A stretch of 64,000 bases of DNA, taken from NCBI RefSeq assembly GCF_963921235.1, contig NC_086104.1:98890001-98954000 (forward strand), given 5' to 3'. A program made the position numbers and the translations under genes. Below the pieces are notes generated by a model. That model was not told where the DNA came from. It searched no databases and saw only the letters and a program-made list of their open reading frames with translations. The stretch's first letter is position 1; each line of letters starts with the position of its first letter. Source of the DNA: Mobula hypostoma (taxonomy: Eukaryota). Shown in pieces: positions 28,070-43,019 of this stretch.

Positions 28070-29705
28070 CCCTTGAGGATTATAAAGAAGCCAGAAAAAA
28101 GAACTCAAGAAGGGAATTAGGAAGGCCAGAAGGGGCCATGAATAATCCTTGACAAGTAGGATTAAAGAGAATCCCAAGGCATTCTATATATACATCAGGA
28201 ACAATATGACAGCTAGGGGAGAAAGTAGGACCATTCAAGGATAAAGGGATACATTTGCTTGGCTGTGAAGGATTTGGTTGAAACCCATAATCAGCACTTC
28301 ATATCAGTATTTACCAAGCAGAAGGACATAGAGGATAGAGAGATCAATGCCAAGTGTATTGATATACCAGGGCACTTTATGGTAAAGCAGAAGGCACTGT
28401 GAGTCTCTTAAAGAGCATTAAGATGAGTAAGTCCCCATGGCCTGATGGAATATACCCCAGGTTATTGAGAGAGGCAAGAGGAGAGATTACTAAGGCCTTG
28501 ATCAATGTCTTTGTGTCCTCTCCAGGCACAGGTGAGGTCCTGAAGGACTGGCAAGTGGGTAATATTGTTCCATTATTCAAAAAGGGAACCAGGCATAATC
28601 CTGGAAAGAAGAGATCAGTGAGTTTCATCTTAGTGGTAGGGAAGATACTGGAGAGAATTCTTCAGAATAGGATTCATGAGTGTTTGGAAAATCGTGGCTT
28701 TATGGGGGGCAAGTAGTGTCTTACTAACTTGATTGAGAGTTTTGATGAGGTGATGAGGGTGTTTGATGAAGGTACAGTAGATCTGTTGTCTACATGGATT
28801 TTAGAAAGGCATTTGACAAAGTTCCTCATCCAGAAGATTGATTTGCATAGGTTTCATGGTAAATAGGCAATCTGGATTCACAACTGGCTTGTCTGTAGAA
28901 GACGGATGGTAGAGATTGAAGGGATTTACGCCAGCTGGAGATCTCTCATTACTGGTGATCCACAGGGATCTGGACTGGGATCTACTGTCTGTGATGTGTA
29001 TAAATAACCTCGATGAAAATGTAAATGGGTGGGTTTGTAAGTTTGTAGATGATGCAAAGATTGGTGGTGTTGTGGATAGTGTAGAAAACTGGCAAAGAAT
29101 ACAGTGGGATATAGATCAGTTGCAGATGTGGGCAGAAAAACAGCAGATGGATTTTTATCTGGTCAAATGTGAAGTGTAACACCCTGATAGGTCAAATGTA
29201 AATAGAAAGTACACTGTTGAAGGCAATACCCTCAATAGTGTTGATGAGCAGATGGATCTTGGGCTCCAAGTTCATAGCTCCATGAATGTGGCTACACAGG
29301 TCAATAAGGTGGTTAAGAAGGCAATTGGCAGGCTTACCTTTATTAGTTGAGGCACTGAGTTCAAAGGTCAGGAAGTTATATTGCAGCTTTATAAAACTCT
29401 AGTTAGACAACGTCAAGAGTATTGCATACAGTTTTGGTCACACCATTTGAAGCACCTTCAATAACTCCAAAAGACTGAGGTTTGGTGAAATACTGAAAGG
29501 CTTTTATTTGCTGTACAATACGACCTCCACGGTGAGTGTCTGCCCCCGGACCGAGGGGGAGGGGAAAGGCGAAACACCTTTATACAGGACTCTATGGGAG
29601 GAGCCACAGGGGCAGTCAGCAGAGGAGCGTGTCCAGACAGTTAACTCAGTTACAACATATATGTGGTTTACCACATCATTATAGGAAGGATGTTGATACT
29701 CTGGA
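28070..29705 (+). mobile_element. Degenerate CR1 fragment
   Basis: KSPWPDGIYPRLLRE, VPLFKKG, KFVDDAKIGGVVDS. Confidence 0.85.
29448..29675 (-). mobile_element. Solo LTR (228 bp) in CR1
   Basis: TG...CA ends. TSD ccatt/tcatt. TATAAA and AATAAA on the minus strand. Confidence 0.7.
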
Positions 29706-29709
29706 GAAA

Positions 29710-29997
29710 CACCTGTGTCTCCTCCAAGGCCGTGAGTATCATGAACTCATTCATGAACAATATTTGCGAGCGCATCACAGGTGAGGCTTCCTGCCTGGCC
29801 CATTACAAGAAACAGTCAACCAGCAGCTCCCCGGAGATCCAGACTGCCATGTGGCTATCGCTGCTTGGGAAGCTGTCCAGTCTCGTCACGTCAGAAGGAA
29901 CAATGTTGGTGACCGAGTACACCAACTCAAAGTGTATTTCCACAGGATCCTGACAAAACAAACTGAAAACCCAATGGCTCTGTTAAATGTCACACAC
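29710..29997 (+). pseudogene. H2B: 5'-truncated histone H2B pseudogene
   Basis: [52 protein letters not shown]. Decayed stem-loop ggctctgttaaatgtc. Confidence 0.9.
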
Positions 29998-31004
29998 AGT
30001 TTCCATGGAAGAATTGTCTTAATATTTTGACTATACTTTTATATATCTGCCTCAATATTTCTCTTTCAGGGGATAATATTCATCAAGTTCATGTTGATGA
30101 CAATTAGCTGTCCCCCTGCCTGGTGACATTCCTGTGATCCTGCACACTGAACTAACACGGAGCTTCCCCTTCTCCTGCCCCGTTAGTTTGTCTTCATCTT
30201 CAAGCACTTGTCCCACTGAACTCTCCATTGACAGAGGAAGACGTTGATCAGGATTTTTGTATGCTTTCTGTTCTTCACGTTCTAGTGAATGCCTCTTCGT
30301 TTCCCCATTATACTGTTTCCTTGCTGCCCTGAATCTACATCAGAATAAATTAACTGTTGTATCACCGTTTCTGTGTTTCCACCACAGACTGTGAAGTGAC
30401 CCTTCCATGATGTGATGTGTTTTCACAAACAGGGACACATTCCCAGAGGCAGTTATGGTAGAATTAATTCACATTCTCTGTGGACAGTAACCAGGATTCA
30501 GTGACTGATCATGCAGGGAGTCCACGTTCACAGAGAGGTTTCTGAGTGCTTCCTTTTGGTCTGTTGTTTAATTTTATTTTTTCTTTGGTATCAAACTGAG
30601 GAGGCTGAGTCAGTGCCCAAGAGTATCAAAGCAGCAGGGCCTGGATCCAAGAGCCAGGAATGAGCACTAGGCCAGATTGAAAGTGTCTTGTCAGGGTTGG
30701 GGTGAGGGAGTTGTTCAGCTTGCTGCTTGGGGGGGAGGGGGGTTTGTTCATCCCTGTGCTGAACTGAGGCTGTGGCCTGTAACTAACAGGCTCCTGCACC
30801 GGCTTCATGACTTTAGTTCTGAGTATTATTTACTTTTTTTTACTTTTTGCACGATTTGTTCTTTTTTGCACATTGGGTGTTTGACAGTCTTTTTTCATGA
30901 GTTCTATTGGGTTTCTTTGTTTTGTGACAGTCTCTAAGGAGATGAATCTGAAGGCTCAATATAGTATACGCAGTTTGAAGTTTGTTCAAATTTCATGTCC
31001 TTTT

Positions 31005-31600
<596 letters not shown>

Positions 31601-31630
31601 AGAGATAAAGCGACAATTTAAAAACCCAAA

Positions 31631-31646
31631 GGCTCTTTTCAGAGCC
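31631..31646 (+). terminator. Histone 3' stem-loop (H2A)
   Basis: GGCTCTTTTCAGAGCC followed by ACTCA and a purine-rich HDE (ggaagggctg). Confidence 0.95.
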
Positions 31647-32964
31647 ACTCAGATTGTCTGTGGAAGGGCTGAGCACCGACCGGGGTGAGTCCGGGGCATT
31701 TCCGTTCAAAGGGTCTGTCGTAGACAAGGGCTTAAACTCAATCTAAAGTGCATTTCCTTCCCCGAATAGAAACCAGTATTTATCTCCGCACTTTACCGGG
31801 TTTTACCAATTTTACTGCGCATTTGACCGAAAATGAAAGTCCCCCGCCCCCGCTTCCTGGTTAATGCAGAGCGATGCTTGATTGGCGGTAAATCGCCTAA
31901 CGTAATTGGCGAGTGTAAACGCCCAATCAGAGAGCGGCCTTGTTTACCGAAACATTGAAATTTGAGAAGTCCTCCACGAGTAAGTTTTTATAGAACAGTC
32001 CAAAAGTAAATAACTACAGATGTGTGCGAATAGGAGCCATCACATGACCCTGATCCATTTATACTATAAACAATGTAAATTTATTATCAAAATACGTACA
32101 CCACACACAGCCTTGAATTCCATCCTGTAGGCACCCACAAAGTAAACAATAGAATCTATGGAAAAGCTACACACAACAAAGACCGACAAACAAGAGGGGA
32201 AATCGTGCAAACAAAAATAGTAATATAAAACATGACCCGCAGAAACCCCGAAAATGAGTTCTCCGATATGAGAGATATGCATATTAGATTAGAGTCAACT
32301 TTATTGTCATTGTGCCGAGTACAGATACAAAGCCAATGAAATGCAGTTAGCATATGACCAGAAAGGCAAAGGATAGTGTTATTTACAAAATAACTGCAAA
32401 TAAAAAAGTGCTACAGCACACGAATATAAAAGTACTGAGACAGTACAATACGGATGCAATACTGCTTAGCACTGTGATGTGAGGTTCAGCAGGGTCACAG
32501 CCTCAGGGAAGAAGCTCTTCCTGTGCCTGATGGTGCTGGAGCGGAGGAGAGTTAAAAAGTCCATGGTTAGGGTGAGATGCATCCCTGATAATGCTTTTCG
32601 CCCTGCCCAGGCAGCGTTTATGGTAGATGTTCTCAATGCTGGGCAATTGGGTGCCGATATTCCGATCAGTACAAATGCTGATTCATGGAACATGACAGGT
32701 TTTTATTAAGTTATGGACGGTTCGCAAACTGCGGTCGGGATCGAGACTGTAATGTGAAGTTGTTTGTGAAAGGACCGTGAGCCTATTCTGGATCTCAAGT
32801 AGAATCAATAAGATTCATGACAATTACAAAGCACCTATTTAACCACCTTCACGGCAATTAAACCGCATCAGCAACAACAAAAATCTGCCTCAGAAGAATA
32901 AGTTCTTTGAGTAAAGTTGTGTGTGCATGTCTGAAGATCGAACCAAGCTGATGTAGGAAAGCTT

Positions 32965-33060
32965 AAATGGGCGGGGCGAACCAATCACAACTCGCCCGGA
33001 GCCCGGTAACTCTGGCAGGGCGGTGGTGGCGGAAGTGGAAGAAGCTGACGTTGAGAATCA
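32965..33060 (+). promoter_or_regulatory. TATA-less promoter-like block (GC box, CCAAT, ETS, CRE half-site)
   Basis: gggcggggc 32969, ccaat 32981, cggaagtg 33030, tgacgt 33046. Inverted copy at ~62270-62350. Confidence 0.5.
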
Positions 33061-33627
33061 TTGCTTTTCTTGCAGCAGAGGAGGCTGCAGATCTCAGATC
33101 TGATCGAGTTATCTATAACCGGACTGTGAAACTGCTCAAATGCTGATCGACACACGGGAATTCTGAGCTGACGGAAGGGATGGGTCTGAACAGACGGTAT
33201 TGTCCTGTGCCGGCTGAACGGCCTCTCTCTGTGCCAGACATTCCTGGAATGGTTTTATTCTTTACCGGCGTGAGGGATTCGCCAGCAGGGACACCAATAT
33301 CCCCAAATCCCTCGACGTTCTTGAGTGACTTTCTAGCCCATTTCAGAGGGCAGAGAAAGGTCGGCGACACCGTAGCGTATCGGGAGTCACACAGAGGCCG
33401 GGGGAAGGACGGCAGATTTCCTCCCCTGGGCAGAAAGGCTTTCACCACAGGCCAGTACTCGCCACACTGGACCAGCTGTTTATTCCAGACTGAGTGCTCT
33501 GGTGTGGTGCCCACTGATTCTGGGAGCTCACATACTAAATGCTGTGAAATGGAAATGAGTATGTTAATGAGGGCAATGTTGTTTATGTAGACCCCAGTGA
33601 GGAGTTTAACGTTTGAGGCATCGGAGT

Positions 33628-34154
33628 TGTCAGGACGCTGAAGCAGAGACCCAATCGCAGACCAAGTACTGTGCGCACTGTGATATTTACTGAGTAGCAA
33701 ATCCAGGGGGGGCAACAAAGTCGGCGTCAAAGTTCAGGCAGAGATCAAAACACCCAGAGAAATCCAAAAACCAGAATCGGGAAACAGGTAGAGTCGATAG
33801 GCGACAGACAGGGTCAATACTCAGACAGACAGAGTACAGATACGAATGCTGGAAAGGCTCAGGAAAATTCACTGGCACAATCTGGCAACAAACAGGTGAG
33901 AACACAGGACTGAAATACACTGAGCAATAGAGAGGCAGATGATAGTTGGAGCACAATGAGACAGAAGTGGCAGCAAAACAGGTAATAATGAGAAACAAGT
34001 GAGGGGCGGAGTACTCAGTAATACAGGGGCCGGAGTGAGGACAGGAGCACATGGGGCATGAAAACAGACAAGAGCACATGGCAGTACAAAACCACAGACT
34101 GACGGCTAGAGGGATGACACACAAAAAGACAAAGTTCAACTGGCGGTACTGACA
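33628..34154. mobile_element. Solo LTR (527 bp)
   Basis: TGTCAG...CTGACA termini. TSD ggagt (33623-33627 / 34155-34159). Absent from the paralogous arm (~61720). Confidence 0.88.
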
Positions 34155-35994
34155 GGAGTCTGGTCCAAACTGTTCGAGCCCATAAGATACGAGGTGAGGT
34201 GGCAAACTAGAACTAAAATCAGCTTGGTTTATGGGAGGCCGAGGATGGTGGTGGAGAGTTGTTCTTCTCACTAGAAGTCTGTGACCAGTGGTGTAACACA
34301 CAGATTGGTGCTAGGATCCTTTGTTTGTGGCAGACAGCAACAACTTGGATGTTAAAGTAGATGATGTGATCAGCAAGTTTACAAGTGACACAAAAATCTC
34401 TGGAGGTGTAAAGAGTGAAGAAGCCTGACTTAGATACAACATGATATTCATCAGCTGGTCCATCAGGCAGAGGAATGGGAGGTGGAATTCAATCTTGACA
34501 AGTGAGAGGGAAATGGTACATTGGTCCACAGGGTACACATTGGTACACAGGGGGTGGAGATCAGAAATAGGGAAGTACTGATATGGTTGTACAGGGAGTT
34601 GTTGAAGTCACAGTGAGGAAACAGATACAAGTTCTTTGGGATTTGGAAAAGTGAGGGGTGACCTTCCTGAATCACACAAAGCCCTTAGGAGTGCTGACGG
34701 GAGAGATGTTGGGATGTTTCCAGAGTTACAAGGTCGGAGAGCTATTTAAAGCTGATGTGCAGGAACATCTCACGGAGGGCGGGGGATGTTTGGAATTCCC
34801 TATCCCAGAGGGTGTGGAAGCTGAATTACTGGAGGGATTTAATGAGAATGGAGATACACTTTGGAAAGATCAGGAGGTTTGAGTGATGTGGAACTGGAGA
34901 GGAGGTGAGGCCTGGGACAGATCAGCCAGGTTCACACTGCATGGTGGGGCAGGGATGAGGGGCCAAGAGAGTGACTCCTGCTCCTGTTGTCTTGTGTTCT
35001 GCTGAGTGTGGTTCCCATCTGGGACTCACTACCTCTCTCCATTTGGTGATTATTTCCAGCATTTTCTCATTTTATTTATGTCCCACAAATACTTGGAAGC
35101 CCGCAGAAATGTGCCAGTGGGACACACTTGGTTTTTACAGTGACAGATAACTGATACTGCACTGTGTGACCTCTACATCCGAATAGAGAACTGACAGGAA
35201 TCAATGAAAACACGCCACACTGTACTGCCCAGAAACAGTCAGCAATGTTCCACTAGGACAATGAACTTTCCAACATTGTCCTTCACCGTAAGGACAGAGA
35301 CCTATAAAACTCTCCACACTGTGCAGTGAGCACACAGGCATGTACAGACCCAGCATTAGGGATCAAAGTGTTAACCTGTCTGTAGTACCAGAGGGTGTGG
35401 ACTGAATTGTATTCATTAAAGAGAAAGGCATTGTCCTCTGGACTTAGCCACCACAGGCACCTGTATAAATGAATTTCAGAGATTCACCACCCTCGAGCTG
35501 CAGAAATTCTTTATTAGCTCTGTTCTAAATGGATGTTCCTCCATTCTGAACCTGTGCCAGCATATCTTTTCTTAGACAAGGAGTCCAAAACTGCTCACAT
35601 TATTTCAAGTACAGTCTGACTAATGTCATAGAAACATAGAAAACCTACAACACAATACAGGTCCTTTGGCCCACAAAGCTGTGCCGAACATGTCCTTACC
35701 TTAGACATTACCTAGGGTTACCCATAGCCCTCTATTTTTCTAATCTCTATGTACCTGTCCAGAAGTCTCTTAAAAGAGCCTATCATATCTGCCTCCACTA
35801 CTGCCGCCAGCAGCCCATTCCACGCACTCACCACTCTCTGCATACAAAACTTACCCCTGACATCTCCTCTGTACCTGCTTACAAGCACCTTAAAACTGTC
35901 ATTGAGTATTTCAGCATTGAAGTAGGCCATTCGGCCCATCCTATCTGTGCTGGCCAAGATGTCAATCCAGGCAGTCCCATTTGCCTGCATTTGA

Positions 35995-37590
35995 AACGAC
36001 TTTATTACTTATATCCTTCATATACATGAGGAGTAAAGATCTTTACATTACGTCTCTGTCTAATGTGCAATTTATAGTAAATTATAAATATGATGTACAA
36101 CAGGACAGTCAATATAACATGGAAATACAGTAGCATCAGCATGAATTAATCAGTCTGACGGCCTGGTGGAAGAAGATGACCCAGAGCCTGTTGGTCCTGG
36201 ATTTTATGCTGCAGTACTGTTTCCCGGATGGTAGCAGCAAGAACAGTTTGTGGTTGGGCTGACTCGGATCTCCAATAATCCTTTGGGCCCTTTTTACACA
36301 CCTGTCCTTGTAAATGTCATGAAGAGTGGGAAGTTCACATCTACAGATGCTCTGGGCTGACCACACCACTCTCTGCAGAGTCCTGTGATTGAGGGAACTA
36401 CAGTTCCCATACCAGGCAGTGATGCAGCCAGTCAGGATGCTCTCGGTTGTACCCCTGTAGAGAGTTCTTAGAATTTGGGAGCCCATACCAAAGTTCTTCA
36501 GCTGTCTGATGTGAAAGAGACTTTGTTGTGCCTTTTTCACCACACAGCCGGTATGTACAGACCATGTGAGATCCTCAGTGATGTGGATGCCAAGGAACTT
36601 AAAGCTGTTCACCCTCTCAACCCGAGATCCATTGATGTCAAAAGGGGCTAGGTGTTACCATGCCTCCTGTTGTCCACAACCAACTTCTTTGTTTTTGCGA
36701 CATTGAGGGAGAGGTTATTTTCTTGACACCACTGTGTCAGGGTGATGACTTCTTCCCTGCAGGTTGCCTTGTTATTATTTGAAATTAGGCCATCAGTGTA
36801 GTGTTGTCAGCAATTTTAATATGCAGATTGGAGCTGTGGGTGGCGATACAGTCATGGGTATACAGAGAGTAAAGGAGGGAGCTTACGACACAGCCCTGAG
36901 GGGCACCTGTGTTGAGAGTCAGAGGGTTGGAGGTGAGGGAGCCCACTCTTACCACCTGCTGGTGATCAGACAGGAAGTCCAGGATCCAGCTACACAAGGC
37001 AGGGTGAAGGCCAAGGTCTCTGAGCTTCTTGTCGAGCCTGGATGGAATTATGGTGTTGGATGCTGAACTGTAGTCCAAGAACAGCATTCTCACATAAGCA
37101 TCCTTCTTCTCCAGATGCATAAGGATGGTGTGTAGAGCTGAGTCTATTGCGTCATCTGTCGATCGGTAGGCAAAATGTAGATGGTCCATTGTGGGTGGTA
37201 GCGTGCTGCAGATGTAGTCCTTGACCAGCCTCTCAAAGCATTTGCTTATTATTGAGGTGAGTATGACCAGACGCCAGTCGTTCAGACATGTTACATTGGT
37301 CGTTTTAGGTACTGAAACAATAGCAGGAAGGCACTCTACACTGGGAGAGGAAGAGATTAAAAATGTCTGTAAACACACCTGCCAGTTGTGCCACGCACAT
37401 CCTGAGTACCCACCGTGGGATGCCGTCCGATGCCGTAGCCTTATGACTGTCCACTCGTTGGAAACACCTGCGTACTTCATCCTTAGAGATGACCAAGCTG
37501 CAGATCGCATCAACTGTAGGTCTCCTCAGGGGCTCAGTGTTGGCAGCATCGAATTGAGGGTAAAAAAGATTTAGCTCATCTGGGAGAGAG
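35995..37590 (-). mobile_element. Rex1/Babar LINE, 5'-truncated
   Basis: ORFs 36785-37513 (MLFLDYSSA..GAPQGCV..LYTHDC..KIADNTT) and 36136-36612 (FKFLGIHITEDLTWS). Confidence 0.88.
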
Positions 37591-40159
37591 GCAGCAATGC
37601 TGGAAACTCCACTGCATTTAGCTTTGAAGTCTGCGATGGCATGCAGACCTTACCATAAGCTGCATATATTGTTGTTGGAAAGTTGTGCCTGGATCATGTC
37701 CCAAACCCATCTATTAACTCCTATCTACTTTTCCAAATATCATTTAGATGTTGTGATTGTGACTGCCTCAACCATTTCCTCTAGTAGCTTGTTCCATATA
37801 CCTACCACGATCTGAGTCACTGAAGTCCCATTTAAATCTTTCCCCTCTCACCTTAAAGCTATGCTCTCTAGTTTTATTAATCCCTTGCCCTGGGGGAAAA
37901 TGACAGAACAACCACTTGTGCCACTCATGATTTGATACAGTGCAATAAGATCACCACTCAGTCTCCTGTGCTCCATGCTTGTCCAACCTGACCCTACATG
38001 GTCAATAAGGTCACCAGTCAGTCTTCTGTACTCTATGGAATAAAGTCCTTGCCTGCCTAGCCTGACCACATAAGTTAGTCTCTGTCATCCTGGCAACAGC
38101 CTCATAAATTTTGTACTCTTCCCATGAGATGGTGTCCTTCCTATAACACTGTAACCAAACTGTACCCAGTACTCTAGTTGTGACCTCACCAACATCATGT
38201 ACAACTGTAAAAATAACATCCCAGTTACCATATTAACAGATAGACTTGTGACATTGAGGGTGATATTGGAGGGTAGCCTCTGAGATGGGATGTCTGTGAC
38301 CAGTGGTAGATGGCAGAGATACATGCTGAGTTTGAAGTTCACAGATAACACAGAATTGGTGTTTTGCATCCTGTTCTGGTCACCACACCAAACCTGATTG
38401 CTGCTCCAACATGTCATCAGCAAACAATGCAACCAACAGCAACTTCCGACTGATAGTTCACAAAACTATTTCCTTTACTACCACTTTCAAATATAATTCT
38501 ACTACAAAGTCGTGTGTGATTGGAACCTGTGATTTACATTTTGGTGGTGTGTTTTTGGGCCAATCGATTGATCTGGCACTTTGCTGTCTCTGAGAGAGTT
38601 CGATGAGGATAGGAGCAGAATGTGTGGCCTGGTAGCCTGGAGCCCATGATCAACACCATTACTTCTCTGTGATTAAGGCATCAAGCAAGCTGAAGCCAAC
38701 AAAGACAAGAGCAGAGAGCCAGCCGGTGTTCAGAGCTGTTTGTCTGGTCTTCCTCTCTCTTTCTCGCTAGCTACTGTTGGAGGAAAGTGAAGCAGTCTTG
38801 GGATCCATGTTGGCAGGATTGATCAGAGAGGTCGTGGACTTGTCTTGGACTTTGAGGTTCATGTTGCATGTGTTCCTGAATACTGTTTTTGAACAGTTTG
38901 ATTGGGACAATTGATGTGGACTGGGGCACTTCAGCAAAGAGTGCATTGGCTGAAGGTATAGTGCTGAACTAAACTAAACTGAATTCTCCTGGTTTGATAT
39001 TCTATGTGTTGTGCACTCGCTTTTTGCCAATTGCACAATTTCCTTTTTTTTTCGATCATTGGGTGTTTCATGTTTTCTCGATGGGTCGTATTGTGTTTTT
39101 TTTTAGCTTTATTGCTGCCTGTAGGATAAATCTCAGAGCCATATTCTGTATACATACTTTGTAAATAAATGTACTGTGAACCTTTGAAGAGATGTGACTA
39201 CAATTGAGATGTGACTGCAGAAAAAAGTCCAGACAAATGTTGTATAGGCTGGTTGGCTTCAGTTATAAGGGATTGAAAAGGCGGGGGTTTTCCCTGGAGT
39301 GAAGGAGTCTGAGAGGTGACATTAATCAGGTATATAGAATGATATGAGGCATAGAATGGATAAATTATCAGAGTCTATTTTCCATGGTAGCAGTATCTCA
39401 ATCTAGAGGCTGTAGGTTCAAAGTGACAGGGTGGAGGGTCAGGGGAATCTGAGAGGTAAATTTCTCACAGACAGAGAAGCTGATATCTGGGATGAGCTGC
39501 CAAAGGAGATGATGGAAGCAGGAACCCACACGGTCTCACTGTTCAATAACACAACTCAGGATCCTGTCATTCACTATGATCAGCTTCCCTGGTTTAACTC
39601 CCCAAAACAGAGTCACAGATGTATACAGCACAGAAATAGGCCCTTTGGCCAACTCATCCATGTCGACCAAGCTGCACCAAATTGCCTTCAATTAGGCTGT
39701 TTCACTCCAAATCTTTCCTCTCCATGTACCTGCTCAGACATATTTTAAATATTGTGAATATACCTACCTCTACAGCTTCTTCCACATATCCTTCTGTGGG
39801 AAATGTTGTCCCTCAGGTCCCTTCCTCTCACAATATCTATGCCCTTTACACTTAAACGTTCCTCTATTGGAGGGAAGAGACTGATCGTCCACATTATTGA
39901 TACCTCTCATGATTATATAAACCCGTACAAAGTCTTTATACTCCAAGGAAAATTCCCAGTCTATCAATTCTCTGTTTATAACTCAAGCCCTCTCCATATA
40001 ACTCCGGCCCCAGGGATATCCTTGTGAATATGTTCCTTTCCAGCTTAAATAACTTATTTCCTGTGGCTCTGTGACCAAAACTGCACATAGACCACAAGAA
40101 GTCTCAGAAATATGTTGTGCAGAGTAACATGACACCGTCACTGCCTCCACCCCTCTCCG

Positions 40160-40392
40160 NNNNNNNNNNNNNNNNNNNNNNNNNNNNNNNNNNNNNNNNN
40201 NNNNNNNNNNNNNNNNNNNNNNNNNNNNNNNNNNNNNNNNNNNNNNNNNNNNNNNNNNNNNNNNNNNNNNNNNNNNNNNNNNNNNNNNNNNNNNNNNNNN
40301 NNNNNNNNNNNNNNNNNNNNNNNNNNNNNNNNNNNNNNNNNNNNNNNNNNNNNNNNNNNNNNNNNNNNNNNNNNNNNNNNNNNNNNNNNNNN
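40160..40392. other. Assembly gap (233 N)
   Basis: Run of N. Confidence 1.
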
Positions 40393-40804
<412 letters not shown>

Positions 40805-40836
40805 GGAACTCTTCGTTCTTCCAAACACAAAACAAA

Positions 40837-40852
40837 GGCTCTTCTAAGAGCC
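40837..40852 (+). terminator. Histone 3' stem-loop (H4)
   Basis: GGCTCTTCTAAGAGCC, then HDE ggagagagcag. Confidence 0.93.
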
Positions 40853-41699
40853 GCCCACCGCCTCACGGAGAGAGCAGGTCCCATACCATTGACCTGAAAT
40901 GTTAACTCTTTATTATGCGATTAATGTTAAAACAAAGGGACGAGGTTGTCACGTAATTACTGAGAATTATGGCACGGGATTGAAATCTCTCCGAACACAG
41001 AATGAACGGTATCGGGCCACGAAGAGCTTCATTGTTACATTAAGGGTCTGGAAATTAAATTCCCATTCTCTGGTGAATGCAATAACCCAATCAGAAAGCG
41101 GCAAGTGTACCTCAGTTCTGAGGGTCGTGTAGTTTTGAGGTTGTGGGGTGGTCAGTTTCTAGTAGTTTTGAAAACTCTGAAAGGGCTGAGGTCCTGACAG
41201 AAACTCTACCCATGTCCCTTAGTTCCCTTTCCAGTCTCCTCTCCCCATGTACTAGATCCTCCCGTGAACAGTTTACAATGATGGAAGCAACCTTCCAGAA
41301 ATGCTTGGTATGGCCATTCCAATCGATTTACCTCTTGTATCAGTCACTGCCCCACTCAATATTCACATGGGTATCATCCCTGAGAACTGTAACCTTACTG
41401 TGGCCCTCATCATCTGAAGGTTGTTCAATTAAATGGAGCCGAAAACTGAAAAATGATTACTTCATCTGGCTTGATAATGTCACCTCTAGAATTTTATTGC
41501 ATAAGAACTGTAAGGTTTTGCATAACGTTTTATCCACACATGTCAAACCATCTACCGGAGCATAATAGAAAACTGAGTCCTCTATTTCTCCCTTAGAATT
41601 GAAATGGGGAGCCACCGGGAGATCCCGCTTTTGCCATTTTCAATGGGCGTGGGGTGCAGTTGGTCTGTTCACATTGTCCAATTAAACGGTTAGATGGAA

Positions 41700-41820
41700 A
41701 CCTACCAATGAGAACTTACTCTACCCGATTCCTTATTAGCATAGGGCGGGGCATACTGTCTATTTAATCGGCACTGCGAGTTGGCTCTGCTTATTTTCGA
41801 CTCCGAGATTGTCTGGAGAA
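41700..41820 (+). promoter_or_regulatory. H2B promoter
   Basis: CCAAT 41705, H2B-box-like CCTTATTAGCATAGG (octamer variant ATTAGCAT 41735-41742), GC box, TATTTAA 41761. Confidence 0.75.
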
Positions 41821-42189
41821 ATGCCTGAACCGAAAGCTTCCAAGAAGGGCGCGAAGAAAGCCGTGTCCAAAGCGCAAGCCAAGGGCGGCAAGAAACGTAG
41901 GAGAACCAGGCGAGAGACTTACTCCATCTACGTCTACAAGGTAATGAAACAAGTTCACCCCGACACCGGCATCTCCTCGAAGGCCATGAGCATTATGAAT
42001 TCGTTCGTGAACGATATTTTCGAGCGCATTGCGGGCGAGGCTTCCCGCCTGGCTCATTATAACAAACGCTCGACCATCACTTCTCGGGAGATCCAGACCG
42101 CCGTGCGCCTGTTGCTGCCCGGGGAGCTGGCCAAGCACGCCGTGTCAGAAGGGACAAAGGCGGTGACCAAGTACACCAGCTCCAAGTGA
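41821..42189 (+). CDS. H2B: Histone H2B (122 aa; true start is ATG 41821, MPEP)
   Basis: Intact ORF with canonical fold and C-terminal AVTKYTSSK. Confidence 0.98.
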   Translation: MPEPKASKKGAKKAVSKAQAKGGKKRRRTRRETYSIYVYKVMKQVHPDTGISSKAMSIMNSFVNDIFERIAGEASRLAHYNKRSTITSREIQTAVRLLLPGELAKHAVSEGTKAVTKYTSSK

Positions 42190-42219
42190 AGCCGCAGAAA
42201 GTGTTGACATAAACCCAAC

Positions 42220-42235
42220 GGCTCTTTTAAGAGCC
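42220..42235 (+). terminator. Histone 3' stem-loop (H2B)
   Basis: GGCTCTTTTAAGAGCC followed by ACTCA. Confidence 0.95.
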
Positions 42236-43019
42236 ACTCACAATTTCCAGGGAAGAGTTTTACTAATGTTCGACATTGGATCGCAATCAATTTGTCTTTG
42301 AAAGATTTTACTCCCAAAGGTAATTCTAATTCTGTTAATATTGAGTAAACTTTACATCACTCCGTACAATCCTTGTCGCATCCCTGCTTCAATACACTAA
42401 CACCGACATTTTGCCCTCTTGCTTCCGTCAGTTTGTCGCGATTTTCTCCCACTCACAAAATTTTGCACAAAGCATTGAAGTGAAAATGTTTGCTGTGGCT
42501 TATGTGATTTAATTGCTGTGAATGCGATGCATTAACGGGAGTACCCCTGTGATGGAAAAACGCTGAATCCTCGAGATCACAACAGGTTCACTAGGATTCC
42601 TTTCACACTACAGTCCAACAGTCTTTGCTACGATTGTAGGTGGTGACCCGTCTACAATCTGATGCGTTGTACCTTGTATCCTGTGAATCAGTTTGTACTA
42701 ATAGGTTACCAAAGGAATGAAAGTGCAGAGTAAAATCAAATAATCTCTCGTAAGTGAGGATTTTGCACCTTGTTCTTATTGTAAATGAGTGGGGATGCTG
42801 TGATGGTGAATCCTGTTCTCGCATCTGCATGTTTTTGGATTAAAGGATAGAAGTATAATCTTGGCGTGCTTTTCACAAACTGGGGATTCAGATTAGTTTG
42901 GGGTATCTATGTCTGCTGTTCGCTCGCTGATTTCACTGCTCCGCGTTGCCCCAGGAAGTTCATGGACGAGCGCGAGATTATCTACTCATTATTGGTAAAA
43001 TATCTGGTACAAGAAAGTG

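Noticed and set aside
29663-29953. LTR/CR1-H2B fusion ORF
   Set aside because: GTG start, many radical substitutions and a decayed stem-loop; chance open frame.
41809-41820. N-terminal extension MSGE of H2B
   Set aside because: TTG start in the 5' UTR; canonical MPEP begins at 41821.
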